A DNA stretch of 64,000 bases from Pachysolen tannophilus NRRL Y-2460 (taxonomy: Eukaryota): positions 402,147 to 466,146 of the forward strand of contig KV454012.1 of the NCBI GenBank assembly GCA_001661245.1, in the 5' to 3' direction. The notes under the pieces were generated by a model. It saw only the letters and a list, made by a program, of their open reading frames with translations. It did no database searches and was not told the DNA's origin. The number at the start of each line of letters is the position of its first letter. Positions within the stretch are counted from its first letter, which is position 1. Shown piece by piece: positions 1 to 10,200 of this stretch. The position numbers and the translations under genes were made by a program.

Positions 1-636
1 TCACCTCAGTTGAACAGGCCATTGTTCCAACAACCGCAAGTTAATCAACAATTCCAAGTTCCTCTCCAACAACAGCCACAGCGGCCAGGACAGTTTCCTC
101 CAGGTCCAGGTCCAGGTCAGGTTCCAGTTCATATTCAGCAACAGGCAGATCAGCGTCAAGGAGGTCCTCTTCAACAATTACCACCACATATACAGCTGCA
201 GCAACTTAATCAAAGCAAAGGCGTTAACTTTCAACAGTTTGCACCAAATGGCCAAAACCCGCTGGGTCCGTTTAATCAACAAATGCCTCCTTGGTTAATG
301 CAAGGTGCCCCAATACCACCTCTGTTCATGAATGGTGGTAGAGGCTTACCAATTCCACAACAGCAAGGTGTTCCTCCACCTGGTTTACAACTGCAAAATC
401 CACAGCAACCAGCTCTGGGTCAACAACCACAATTTTCGTCGAATGGAATGCCATCGTTCATCAATGGTCCACCTCCACCTGGTTTCAATGGAGGCCCAGG
501 TTTTGGATTCCCACCACCACCACCGATGTTGTTCCCACAACAACCACAACAACCACATCAGCCTCAACAGCAACAACAGCAACAACAGTTTACCAGGATG
601 AGTGGTCCACTTCCACAGTTTCAACAACGTAAATAA
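1..636 (+). CDS. 3' end of a gene entering the window; Q/P/G/F-rich low-complexity C-terminus, product unknown
   Basis: Frame is open from base 1 (SPQLNRPL...) to TAA at 634-636; no start codon in the window; prion-like composition. Confidence 0.8.
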   Translation, partial: SPQLNRPLFQQPQVNQQFQVPLQQQPQRPGQFPPGPGPGQVPVHIQQQADQRQGGPLQQLPPHIQLQQLNQSKGVNFQQFAPNGQNPLGPFNQQMPPWLMQGAPIPPLFMNGGRGLPIPQQQGVPPPGLQLQNPQQPALGQQPQFSSNGMPSFINGPPPPGFNGGPGFGFPPPPPMLFPQQPQQPHQPQQQQQQQQFTRMSGPLPQFQQRK

Positions 637-1155
637 AGTGCAGCTAAAGTATAGGGTTTTTCACGTACATTATGGGGTTTAAATTTTTTTTTTTTCTTTA
701 TTTTTTTTTTTTTTTTTTTTTTATACCATTTAATACGTCAATACGAAGTATAGTCTCTTTTATTTGATTTAGTTAGCGGATCAGTTGTGTTGTAACTATT
801 AAGAGTTAATTTATTCCCTAAAGCTTGTAGTTCAACATTTAGTACTTCCTAGAAAATATAAAATTCTATTGAAACTGCGTCCAATTGTGTCTGCGGCTCT
901 TTTCTTCAGATCCAAATAGGCGAAAATGAAAAACTAAAGCGATTGAAACGTTAACGGAAAATACTTATTATTACTCGATATTGAGATAAGAGACCCCCTA
1001 TTTTTCATATAAAAACTAGGATTTAAGAGTAGTTATTTCATTCATCTTAATTGTAATAGTTTTGTTCTTTCTTTTTTCTTTTTTCTTTTTTCTTTTTTTT
1101 TTTTTTTTTTTAGCTGGAAAAAAAAAACAAAGTTTATTGAGCTTCTTGAAGGAAA

Positions 1156-2226
1156 ATGTCGAAAGTTGTTGTAGTCGGTGCCGGTGTTACTGGTTTAACA
1201 ACTGCTTACTTCTTATCAGAAAAAGGTTATGATGTTACAATAGTATTTAAGAAGGCCTTTTTTGATGGATATGATGATCTGTGCTATGCTTCCAATTTTG
1301 CAGGTGCCAATTGGCATAGTTTTGCCAGTCATGATGAAATTGAATTACAAGAATATGATAAACCGGCATATAGGAAATTTTTACATTTGGCCAAGACTGA
1401 TCCAAAAGCTGGTATAATATTGAAAAAAAACGTTTCTTATATAGAGAAAGAGACTTTTGCTAAAAAGTATAACAATGACCCTTCCAAAGTTTCACATCCT
1501 TGGTTTAAAGATTTTGTTGAAGACTACAAAATTATTCCTCAGCACGAATTACCAAGTAATATTGGGTTCGGAACTTCTTATCTTGGTGTTGTTATTACCA
1601 CGCCTATTTATCTTAACTACTTGTTACTGAAATGTGTTGAAAACGGAGCTACCTATAAAAGAGCTACTCTTGAACATATTAGAGACGCTGAAAAATATCA
1701 CCATTCGGGTATTAAACCTGATGTTATTGTCAATTGTACAGGACTTTTAGCAGCTAAATTAGGTGGAGTGGAAGATAAGGAAGTGTATCCGATTAGAGGT
1801 CAAATTATTGTAGTTGAAAATGACTGCAAAGATGTCATGAGTGTAAAATTTGAAGATCCCCAAAATCCAGATGATTTGTTATATATTATGCCTAGAAAAG
1901 AAGGTGGTGCTATTATTGGTGGTTGTTTCTTAGCCGATATTTGGAATAATACTCCTGATTACGAAATGGCAAATAGAACTTTGCAAAGAGCTAAAAAATA
2001 TTGCCCAGAATTTGTTGATCCATGTAGTGGAAACCCATCTGAGTTTAAAGTTGTTAGATATCAAGTTGGATTTAGACCTGGTAGAAAAGGAGGACCAAAA
2101 GTTGAAATCGAAGGAAACATCGTTCATAATTACGGAGCTGGTGGTACTGGTTATCAATCCTCATACGGCACATGCTCCAAAGCTGTTTCTTTGGTAGAAC
2201 TGTTTTTAAGCAAACCTAAATTATAA
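1156..2226 (+). CDS. DAO1: D-amino acid oxidase / D-aspartate oxidase family flavoenzyme
   Basis: VVVGAGVTG FAD-binding motif, YASNFAGANW, PIRGQ, GFRPGR, HNYGAGGTGYQSSYG; C-terminal PKL resembles a PTS1. Confidence 0.92.
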   Translation: MSKVVVVGAGVTGLTTAYFLSEKGYDVTIVFKKAFFDGYDDLCYASNFAGANWHSFASHDEIELQEYDKPAYRKFLHLAKTDPKAGIILKKNVSYIEKETFAKKYNNDPSKVSHPWFKDFVEDYKIIPQHELPSNIGFGTSYLGVVITTPIYLNYLLLKCVENGATYKRATLEHIRDAEKYHHSGIKPDVIVNCTGLLAAKLGGVEDKEVYPIRGQIIVVENDCKDVMSVKFEDPQNPDDLLYIMPRKEGGAIIGGCFLADIWNNTPDYEMANRTLQRAKKYCPEFVDPCSGNPSEFKVVRYQVGFRPGRKGGPKVEIEGNIVHNYGAGGTGYQSSYGTCSKAVSLVELFLSKPKL

Positions 2227-2703
2227 TTTGGTAATGTTAGCCGGTTGTCGCTTAGTATCGTCCGTCGCCTATGACCAGTAATTGTGATGTAGTCAAGAGA
2301 TTGAGCCGCATGCGCGTATATATTTCCGCTTAAGTTTAGATATGCAAGTATCCGTTTGAATTTCTATTATTTAATTAGGACTGGTATTAAACCTGTTAAT
2401 CTATCTTATCTACCCTATCTATCTATTGATGTATATATGTGATATATGGAATTTGAAATTGCATGCGATGATCTAAATTCTATGTTTCAGGTAAAAGGTT
2501 TCTGTACTATGTCAAACTCGAGGAAAAGTATTAAATTCCAGTACCACTGCGAGTGTTTAAATGGAGTAGAAGACTAACTTGTTTAAAGACAAGTTATTTA
2601 TTTTATTGGGAAGAAAGATTTAATATTCGATTATTCTCAAGCCGTAAAATTTTATTCATTGGAATGATAGTCTAGATTATAGATTAAAGTATATAGGAGT
2701 GTG

Positions 2704-3073
2704 CTGCGTCTAATTTGCATCTCTTTTTCAGATGCAAATGAGAGAAATCTGATAAATTGGGGTTTATCGAAGTTATGCATGAGGCAAAAACTGAATTAGA
2801 AGTGAGCATCTCCAACAATAAGTTCAAAAGATTAAAGCGTTTTATTTTTTTCACTACAAATGTTGAGAATATTGTGCCTTAGTATATGTGCCTCTGGCAT
2901 AAAGGTTTGGTGTAATTTTTTTGAAAATGATCACCACTGGAAAATTTAAGGTTTCTGTTCTGTTTATCACAGCATATATTTATGTTGGTATTATAATTTC
3001 CACAACAGTTTACCTAAGTTACTTATTCAAAAGAATTGAGTCAATTGAGTCAAATGCAAGCATATATAAGTAA
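2704..3073 (+). pseudogene. Decayed tandem copy of DAO (promoter block plus coding fragments)
   Basis: 2981-3073 reads YVGIIISTTVYLSYLFKRIESIESNASIYK*, versus DAO YLGVVITTPIYLNYLLxKCVENGATYK. About 2870-2912 reads IVP*Y..SGIK(frameshift)FG, versus IIPQHELPSNIGFG. 2704-2746 matches the DAO upstream sequence at 875-925. Confidence 0.7.
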
Positions 3074-3129
3074 AACAAAAAAGGAATTTACAATTTAGAA
3101 ATAATATAATTATACAATTTCAAACAAAA

Positions 3130-3538
3130 CTATCGACATATTAAATTCCATCTACTTAAAAGTTAATAAATTTGAATTAATTTTTTTTTTTTCATCTTTT
3201 CCATTGAATTTATAATTAAGATAACTTACATAAAAGAGAAACTTTTTTTCCCATATTCTTGAACATGTTTCTCATCTGTATGAGTATTAAAAATTTTACG
3301 AGTATAATTACCAACTCTTGCTTTCCCACCTGGATGTAACAATTGTTCATTCCAATATGGATTTGGTTTCCCTGAATATTTATGTTTCTTAACATTTATA
3401 TGTGTATATCCTTCTTGAATATTTTTAACTGAGGTATTGATTGGTACTGCTGGTGGTATATACTATCTTACTGTTAGTAAGACAATTAACTAAGATCAGA
3501 ATGATAATTCAATACATTGTAATTTAAAATCTTACCAT
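3130..3538 (-). CDS. Unannotated 3-exon 85-aa microprotein, paralogue A of an unrecognised family
   Basis: Exons 3538-3536 (ATG only), 3462-3230, 3151-3130. Introns GTAAGA..TACTAAC..TAG and GTAAGT..TATTAAC..AAGTAG. Protein MYIPPAVPINTSVKNIQEGYTHINVKKHKYSGKPNPYWNEQLLHPGGKARVGNYTRKIFNTHTDEKHVQEYGKKSFSFIWNLICR, homologous to 8630-9081. Confidence 0.8.
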
Positions 3539-4021
3539 TATCAATAAACAAGAAACTTTGAGATTAAAACTAACCAATTAACAAAATAAATAAAAGAAAA
3601 ATTAAAAAGAAAAACTAAAAGTAAAAAAAAAAGCTAACCAACTTACTATCCTTAATTAATTAGTTTTAAATTACTAAAGTTTCAATTGGGGGTTAAAACT
3701 GTTCTGTTCATGCATAAAACATCATTTTTAAAAATACAGTATAAAATATTTATTTTTCATTTAATTCAACTTGATGGATTTTCAACATTCTGATAAATTA
3801 AACATTTGTCTCTCTATATTTTCTAAGATTTATCAGCTACTTCTATATATGATTAATCTCATAATATTTATGAAGAAAAATCAAAATTAAAATCAAAAGG
3901 AAAAGGAAAAGAAAAAAAAAAACAATATTAATAGAATGAGAATCTAAGATTAAAAATACAAACAAATTTTTCCAAAACTTTTATTCTATTTTTATTCTTT
4001 TTTCTTATTTTAATGTAACTC

Positions 4022-4526
4022 CTAAAAGCCTGGACCACCTGGACCACCTGGACCACCACCACCACCGCATAACTCTTCTAACAAACAACAGAAACATAAC
4101 GCAGAAAGACTATATATAATCCCCCAATTGTTAGTAGAATAAAATATAATAATCTTAATTTTACTCAAAAAAAAAGCAAAAAGCAAAATAAACTGTTTAA
4201 TTACTTACCATCCACCATAACAGCCACAACAATTATCATTTTGCCGAGGAGGCTGCTGTTGAACATACATTGGTTGTTGTTGTTGGTAATAACCTTGTGG
4301 AGGTTGCTGATAATAACCTTGGGGTGGAGGTTGTTGATAATATCCCTGCGGTTGTTGATGATAATACTATAAGTGTTAGTTCCCTTAATTTAATTTTCAA
4401 ACTCATATAATGAGACCATTCAATTTATTTATAAAACTGTTCAGTAACAATTTTCAAATTATCTAATCAGTTTTAAAAACTAAAAAAAGAAAAGAAAAAG
4501 TTAAACCAATTTTTACTCACACTCAT
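4022..4526 (-). CDS. Unannotated 3-exon 83-aa CYSTM (cysteine-rich tail) protein, YBR016W/YDL012C-like
   Basis: Exons 4526-4521, 4366-4209, 4109-4022. Introns GTGAGT..AACTAAC..TAG and GTAAGT..TACTAAC..TAG. Protein [83 protein letters not shown]. Confidence 0.9.
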
Positions 4527-4646
4527 AATCTATAAGCAATCAATAATTACAATTTTCTTTTATGAAAATAATATAACTTCTCCTAATCCAATCCAATCCC
4601 TAACAATTCTAAAAAAATAATTTAAGAATATTCCAATTATTTCAAT

Positions 4647-4681
<35 letters not shown>

Positions 4682-5370
4682 AAAACGGCTTGGCTACTTT
4701 TATCTGTTTCTTTCTTTATTTTTCTTTTTTTTCTTTATTATGCTGTCAACTACTCGATGAAAGTTGTGTTGCGCGAGCACGACTACAGTTTTTAGTAATA
4801 ATAATGAATCAAAAAGCTACATTTCTGAGTTGATGTTAGCGGTCAGAAAGAAAAAAAAAAAAAAGATGGGTTGGGCCAGTATCTTTTTATCTTTTCTTTG
4901 GTTTTATTCTATTCTTTCCACATGCTATAACTTATAAATTTATATTTTATAAATTATAAGTTTTAGCTATATATATTAAAAGTATTAGAGATTTTTCAAT
5001 TAGTAGTTAATTTATTGATTGAATAGCGTAACTACCGCATTAGGAAGGAAAAATGCGAAAACAAAAAAACCAAATTGCTAAAAAGGGAAATAAACCAAAA
5101 AAAGAAAGCGCAAAAATATTGCTAGCCACAAGGTTTTACAATATTACTTTATTGGGAAGATTTATTTAGCCACTTCCATAATAGGAATTTTTTTGAAAGA
5201 AAAAAAATTCATAACTGTGGCTGGTGTGATGGTATACAATTTTCAACTTTCATTTTTTTTACCGAATTTTTCAACAACCTTTCATATATGGTATGAATTA
5301 ATTTTATATAAATTTATTGGTATTGGTATCAAAAGACTAGAAGAAGACTTTATCATTATCTTTCAGAGCA

Positions 5371-5805
5371 ATGAAAGCTTCAACAGTGACACAGTTTCAG
5401 CAGACTTTTGGTTGTGCTTTGAAAAGACCATGGAAAACTTATAAAGATGGTACTTTATTTTATGGTACTACAAAATCGGGAACAAAGAGAACTCCATTAA
5501 CAACAAAAGGCGGTAACAAAAATTTTTATAAAGGTACTAGGTCCTCTGGTGTTGGGCAACATACAAAGCATGGTGGATATGTAATTGACTGGGCAAAAGT
5601 TAGAACGTTTGTGGTACCTGAAGGATTAAAAGAATGTTCTTTGAACCCTTATGTTAGTTCTAATATGCCTTCAATTAAACATGAATTTAAAGGTTATAAA
5701 AAAGGTCCTGAAGATCCAGATTTGTATTTTGAAAAAATTAAGGAATTCATAGAGAACGGTAAGGTTGATTATCCAGTAAGTAAGAACTTTCTTGAAAGAG
5801 GTTAA
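5371..5805 (+). CDS. MRPL27: Mitochondrial ribosomal protein mL41
   Basis: [49 protein letters not shown]. Confidence 0.93.
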   Translation: MKASTVTQFQQTFGCALKRPWKTYKDGTLFYGTTKSGTKRTPLTTKGGNKNFYKGTRSSGVGQHTKHGGYVIDWAKVRTFVVPEGLKECSLNPYVSSNMPSIKHEFKGYKKGPEDPDLYFEKIKEFIENGKVDYPVSKNFLERG

Positions 5806-5852
5806 TTGAATTTTATCTATCTACTTTTTATTTTATTTTTATATCTTTTTGG

Positions 5853-5862
5853 CATGTAAATA
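5853..5862 (+). promoter_or_regulatory. Puf3-type 3'UTR element
   Basis: CATGTAAATA matches CNUGUAHAUA, about 50 nt after the stop of a mitoribosomal gene. Confidence 0.65.
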
Positions 5863-5975
5863 AATATATATATATATATATTACCCTTGGGTTTTTTTTT
5901 CTTTTTTTTTTCAGTTTTTTAAAGAAATTTTTAAATATTCTTTTTTCTTTCTTTGTTTCTGATTAAAGGATTATA

Positions 5976-6698
5976 TCAAGCATCAACCATTTCTTGGTCT
6001 TCATCGTTAGTCTCTTCAATATCGTTATCTTCAATTTCCTCTGTAGCATCACGATCATCTGCTTCTGCGAAACTTCTATTTGCAATGAAACTTGCTTCTT
6101 GAATAACTGGTTCATCGTCTTGTTTCGTGAGAGTGCTGATATCAATTTTGCTATCATTAACTGTACTAATTTTCTTATTTACCTTCTTTTCATCGTTGTC
6201 ATCATTGTTATCATCATCATTAATTACTATTACTCCCTTATTATCATTTCCAACAATGCTGTTTTTCTTATTGGTAAAAGCCAATATTCCTTGGAAATCT
6301 CTTGCACCATTCCTAGATTTTACAACTTCATCTACTTCTTTCTTATCATCATCTATTGTCACTGAATCATGATTTTCAAGAGGTTCTTTTAAAGTTATCT
6401 TATTCTTTGCATATAATTCACCAACTTTATATCTCTTAGGAACAACATCAGCTAAAAACATTAATGATGGATTTTGCTTAACAACTTGATAAAAATCTTC
6501 ATAATTTATCTTCTTACGACCCATTCTTCTAGTTTCTATAGAAGCTTTTGAAGTTAAATCTTGAACAAATAATTCCGTAGCTTTTGTTATTAATTGTATA
6601 CTGGCAGATGATACACCTGAATAGTCTGGGTCAAGCTTAACGATTTTTCTAATTCTTGCCTGAGGCAACGTTGTTGATTCATTACTAGATGATGACAT
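5976..6698 (-). CDS. DPB3: Histone-fold protein, DNA polymerase epsilon subunit Dpb3/Dls1-like
   Basis: LPQARIRKIVKLDPDY...KATELFVQDL...RKKINYEDF...LMFLADVVP NF-YC-type histone fold; acidic tail. Confidence 0.75.
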   Translation of the reverse strand: MSSSSNESTTLPQARIRKIVKLDPDYSGVSSASIQLITKATELFVQDLTSKASIETRRMGRKKINYEDFYQVVKQNPSLMFLADVVPKRYKVGELYAKNKITLKEPLENHDSVTIDDDKKEVDEVVKSRNGARDFQGILAFTNKKNSIVGNDNKGVIVINDDDNNDDNDEKKVNKKISTVNDSKIDISTLTKQDDEPVIQEASFIANRSFAEADDRDATEEIEDNDIEETNDEDQEMVDA

Positions 6699-7165
6699 GA
6701 TGATTAATAAGCTCTTTGCTTTAACGAAACGCGATCAAAAATAAATCACAGAAAAATGAACCTCGTCAAACTTTTCAATACTATTGATCCAGTCTTATGA
6801 AAATTACCTCTGAGCAAACTAACTCAGTTAGTCCTCTCTTTGAATTAAATCAGCAATAGCAAAGAAGAAGAAATAAAGAAACAGAAAAATGAAAAATGAA
6901 ATAAAAAGGAGATAAAAGTGAAAAGAATAATTAATTATACTGTAAACTCTCTCATGCACTATTGGATTTAATTTTTCACGTCTTTGAAAAGATCTATTTC
7001 TTTGAAGAATTACACCAAAAGAAATAAAAAAAAATTAACATTTTAGATATTTACAACTAATAGAGATTCCAAAGAGTTTCTTGCTTGGCGAAAGATTTTT
7101 TTGCAAGCTCAAATTGATTAATGAATTGTTATAATTTTAAAAATTAGTTAGCCAACTTTATTATA

Positions 7166-7171
7166 ACGCGT
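7166..7171. promoter_or_regulatory. MCB element in the divergent DPB3/RFC2 promoter
   Basis: ACGCGT about 60 nt upstream of the RFC2 ATG; an ACGCG core also lies at about 6729 near DPB3. Confidence 0.55.
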
Positions 7172-7230
7172 TTTCTATTCTATTGAAGAAATAATAGTTA
7201 ATACTTAAAATACTAAGATCGGACTGGAAA

Positions 7231-8501
7231 ATGTCAGTGGTAACCTCATTTACAGCATCAGATGGCAAACTGACTTCTTCTGATATTGCAGATAGATTGG
7301 AGAGAATGCCATGGGTGGAAAAATAGTATGTGTTTATATATATATATATATTTTAATTTTTGCAATCTTTTTTTTCCATGAAACTTAACTAACTAAACTA
7401 CATAAATCTAGTCGTCCAAAGAAATTAGATGAAGTTTCTTCACAAGATCATGCTATCCAAATTTTGAAGAGAAATTTACAGACTGCAAATTTACAACATA
7501 TGCTTTTTTATGGACCTCCGGGTACTGGTAAGACTTCAACAATTTTAGCTTTGGCGAAACAATTATACGGTCCAAATTTATTCAAGTCTAGAGTTTTAGA
7601 ATTGAATGCTTCAGATGAAAGAGGTATTTCTATCGTAAGGGAGAAGGTGAAAAATTTTGCAAGATTATCTGTGTCAAATCCATCAAAGGAAGATTTAGAG
7701 AATTATCCATGTCCTCCTTATAAGTTAATCATATTAGATGAAGCAGATTCTATGACAACTGATGCTCAATCTGCATTAAGAAGAACTATGGAAACTTTTT
7801 CAAATGTTACTAGATTTTGTCTCATTTGTAATTATATAACAAGAATCATTGATCCATTAGCATCTCGTTGTTCGAAATTTAGATTTAAATTATTGGAAAG
7901 TGAACAAAGTTTAAACAGATTAAAATTTATTGCTGAAAGGGAAAATGTTAAATTGGAAAATAATAGTGAAGATGAAGTATTACAGGAAATTTTGAAAATA
8001 GCAAATGGTGATTTGAGAAAAGCTATAACTTTTTTACAAAGTGCTAGTAGATTATATTCTCTCAATATTAAAAACGTTGAAGATCAAGATGAAGATGGGG
8101 ATGTCAAACTTAATGATGTAGATATTAATGGTGGATCATCAGAATTTATTACCATATCAGAAGTTAGAGAAATTGCAGGTTTGCTTCCAGAGACAAAAAT
8201 CAAACTGTTATTGTCTACAATTCAATCTAAGAATTTGGATCTGATTTTCCAATTTCTTAAAGATGATATTTTCTTGGATGGATATAATGGTGCTATTATA
8301 ATTGAGACAATTCACGATAGATTGCTATTGGGTAATGAATATGAGGAAAATGAAGAAAATATTTCATTGAGATTAAGCACTAAGCAAAAAATTGAGATTT
8401 CCGAAATCATTTTTGATACGGATTTGAAATTGATCAATGGTGGTGATGAATCATTACAAGTTTTGAATATGGTTTTGAAAATCTCCCAAATTTTGAAATA
8501 A
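7231..8501 (+). CDS. RFC2: Replication factor C subunit 2, two exons (7231-7325, 7412-8501)
   Basis: Removing intron 7326-7411 (GTATGT..AACTAAC..TAG) restores PWVEKYRPK; GPPGTGKTS, ELNASDERGI, YPCPPYKLIILDEAD, SRC motifs. Confidence 0.95.
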
Positions 8502-8629
8502 ATAATTTGATTAGTTAAAAAAAAAAAAAAATACAAAAAAATGGATTGAAACAAACACTTTATACCCATTTCACATTGTAAAAAATTTTTTTGAAAAAAG
8601 TCTCATAAAAACATCATATATTATATTGT

Positions 8630-9081
8630 TCATTCCTTTTTGTTAAGAAAATTTTGGACCCTATAATAGCAAAAGCAATTTTTTTTTTTGCCGTTAGTAA
8701 ATAAATTAAGAAATAGATTTTGATAAAATTTCAAAATATATATAATTATACTTACAACCATTTACCACCTTTCATAGCATACTGTTTAAGATGATCTTGA
8801 TCAGTATGGCCATCTATAAAAGCTTGTACTTTTGCTTTTACATCATTATTTGGATTTGCAATTTGTTGATTATAGTAAGGAACCGGAGCACCCCAAAACT
8901 TGTGAATTTTATCACCATCTGCAGTAACAGAATAACCGTATTGTAAAGTCTTGATAGAAGTATCACTTGGTTGCGATGGTGGAATGTACTTGTGTAAAAA
9001 AAAAAAAATTATGTTAGTCTAGTGAGATATTCATGACTATAAATTCTATAGCATATATAATATTTCACTTACAGATCCCAT
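8630..9081 (-). CDS. Unannotated 3-exon 90-aa microprotein, paralogue B of an unrecognised family
   Basis: Exons 9081-9073, 8988-8756, 8660-8630. Introns GTAAGT..GACTAAC..AAG and GTAAGT..TACTAAC..TAG. Protein MGSYIPPSQPSDTSIKTLQYGYSVTADGDKIHKFWGAPVPYYNQQIANPNNDVKAKVQAFIDGHTDQDHLKQYAMKGGKWLVQNFLNKKE. Confidence 0.85.
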
Positions 9082-10200
9082 TATTGCTTAAAAGTAAGTA
9101 TCAACTAGAAATTTTCTTTTTTTTTCTTTTCTTTTCTTTTCTTTGACAAAAATCTGATTTACTTTATATCTTCTTAAACCCAATTAAAGTCAAAGAAAAC
9201 AACAAACAGAAAAACTTGAACAATAACTTTTCTTGATATTAATTGAATTAACTTGACTTGCGATCTCCACCACCACTAAAGAAAAAAAAGAAAAAAAAGA
9301 AAAAAATTTCACCCTGGAAAACTAATGGAAAACCCTTACAATGCTGCAAGATGCGCTAAAAGTTAAGACTTTTAACTAGATAAGAAGTAAAGATTAGAAG
9401 ACTAACACACGACCAACCTAAATATCAATTTCTTTTATTATTTCTAAGTTCTAAACTCATCATCAAACATTCATCTTTGAGTTGCTAATTTATAAAGCAA
9501 TAGAGGATAGAAGATTAGTTATTTTCAAAAATTCTTCGGGAGCTTAAAAAGAAAAATTGAAAATTCAATGCTTGGAGGAACCCACCAAAAAGAAAATCTT
9601 TTAAAAGAAAAATAATTTCAATATTGAGAAATCTCACCCATCGATTTTTCCAACTATAGAGCAAAAGATCCATGAAACCACATAAACTCAAAATCACCTT
9701 TGCACCACTATAACTTGTCTTGCGAAACTTCTCTAGAAAAACTAAAGAACCTTCTTCTTCTACTTTATGCCAAATGCACTTTATCTGATTTCATTTAAAA
9801 ACGAATTTTTGGCAAAACATGCATAAATATGCAGAATTTCAGCCGCCGCTTTTTTTTTTTTTCAAATTTTCAAATTTTCAAATTTTCTTTTTTACCAGAA
9901 AACACAAAACCGCCCCAAAGCAAACAAAAAGCGCCCCAGAAAATGTAAAAAACCCCAGTATTTAAAGAGTAGTGCACATAAATTCCAAAAATCCCTTTTT
10001 AGATAACGTTTCGATTTGTGACGGAATTATTCTGGTTGGAAAGCTTTGTGTTTGAAAAGAGATTTGGGTATTTTGACGGTATTAAACATTAATGTTTAAG
10101 CCATTTGTTAAATTAATCAATTGCTTGAATGTGAAAGTTTTCTTTTCCTTTTTCTTTGTCTTTTCTTTGGGTATAATAATAATTCATTTTTTGGAGTAAA

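Noticed and set aside
3570..3646. Possible 5'UTR intron (GTAAGT...TAG) upstream of microprotein A
   Set aside because: No convincing branch site; cannot be supported without transcript data
9515..9780. Minus-strand open frame with an Sm-like AATTTTTG near 9525 (snRNA, telomerase RNA or small gene?)
   Set aside because: No convincing start or homology, no U1/U5 hallmark or template; the motif is common in AT-rich DNA
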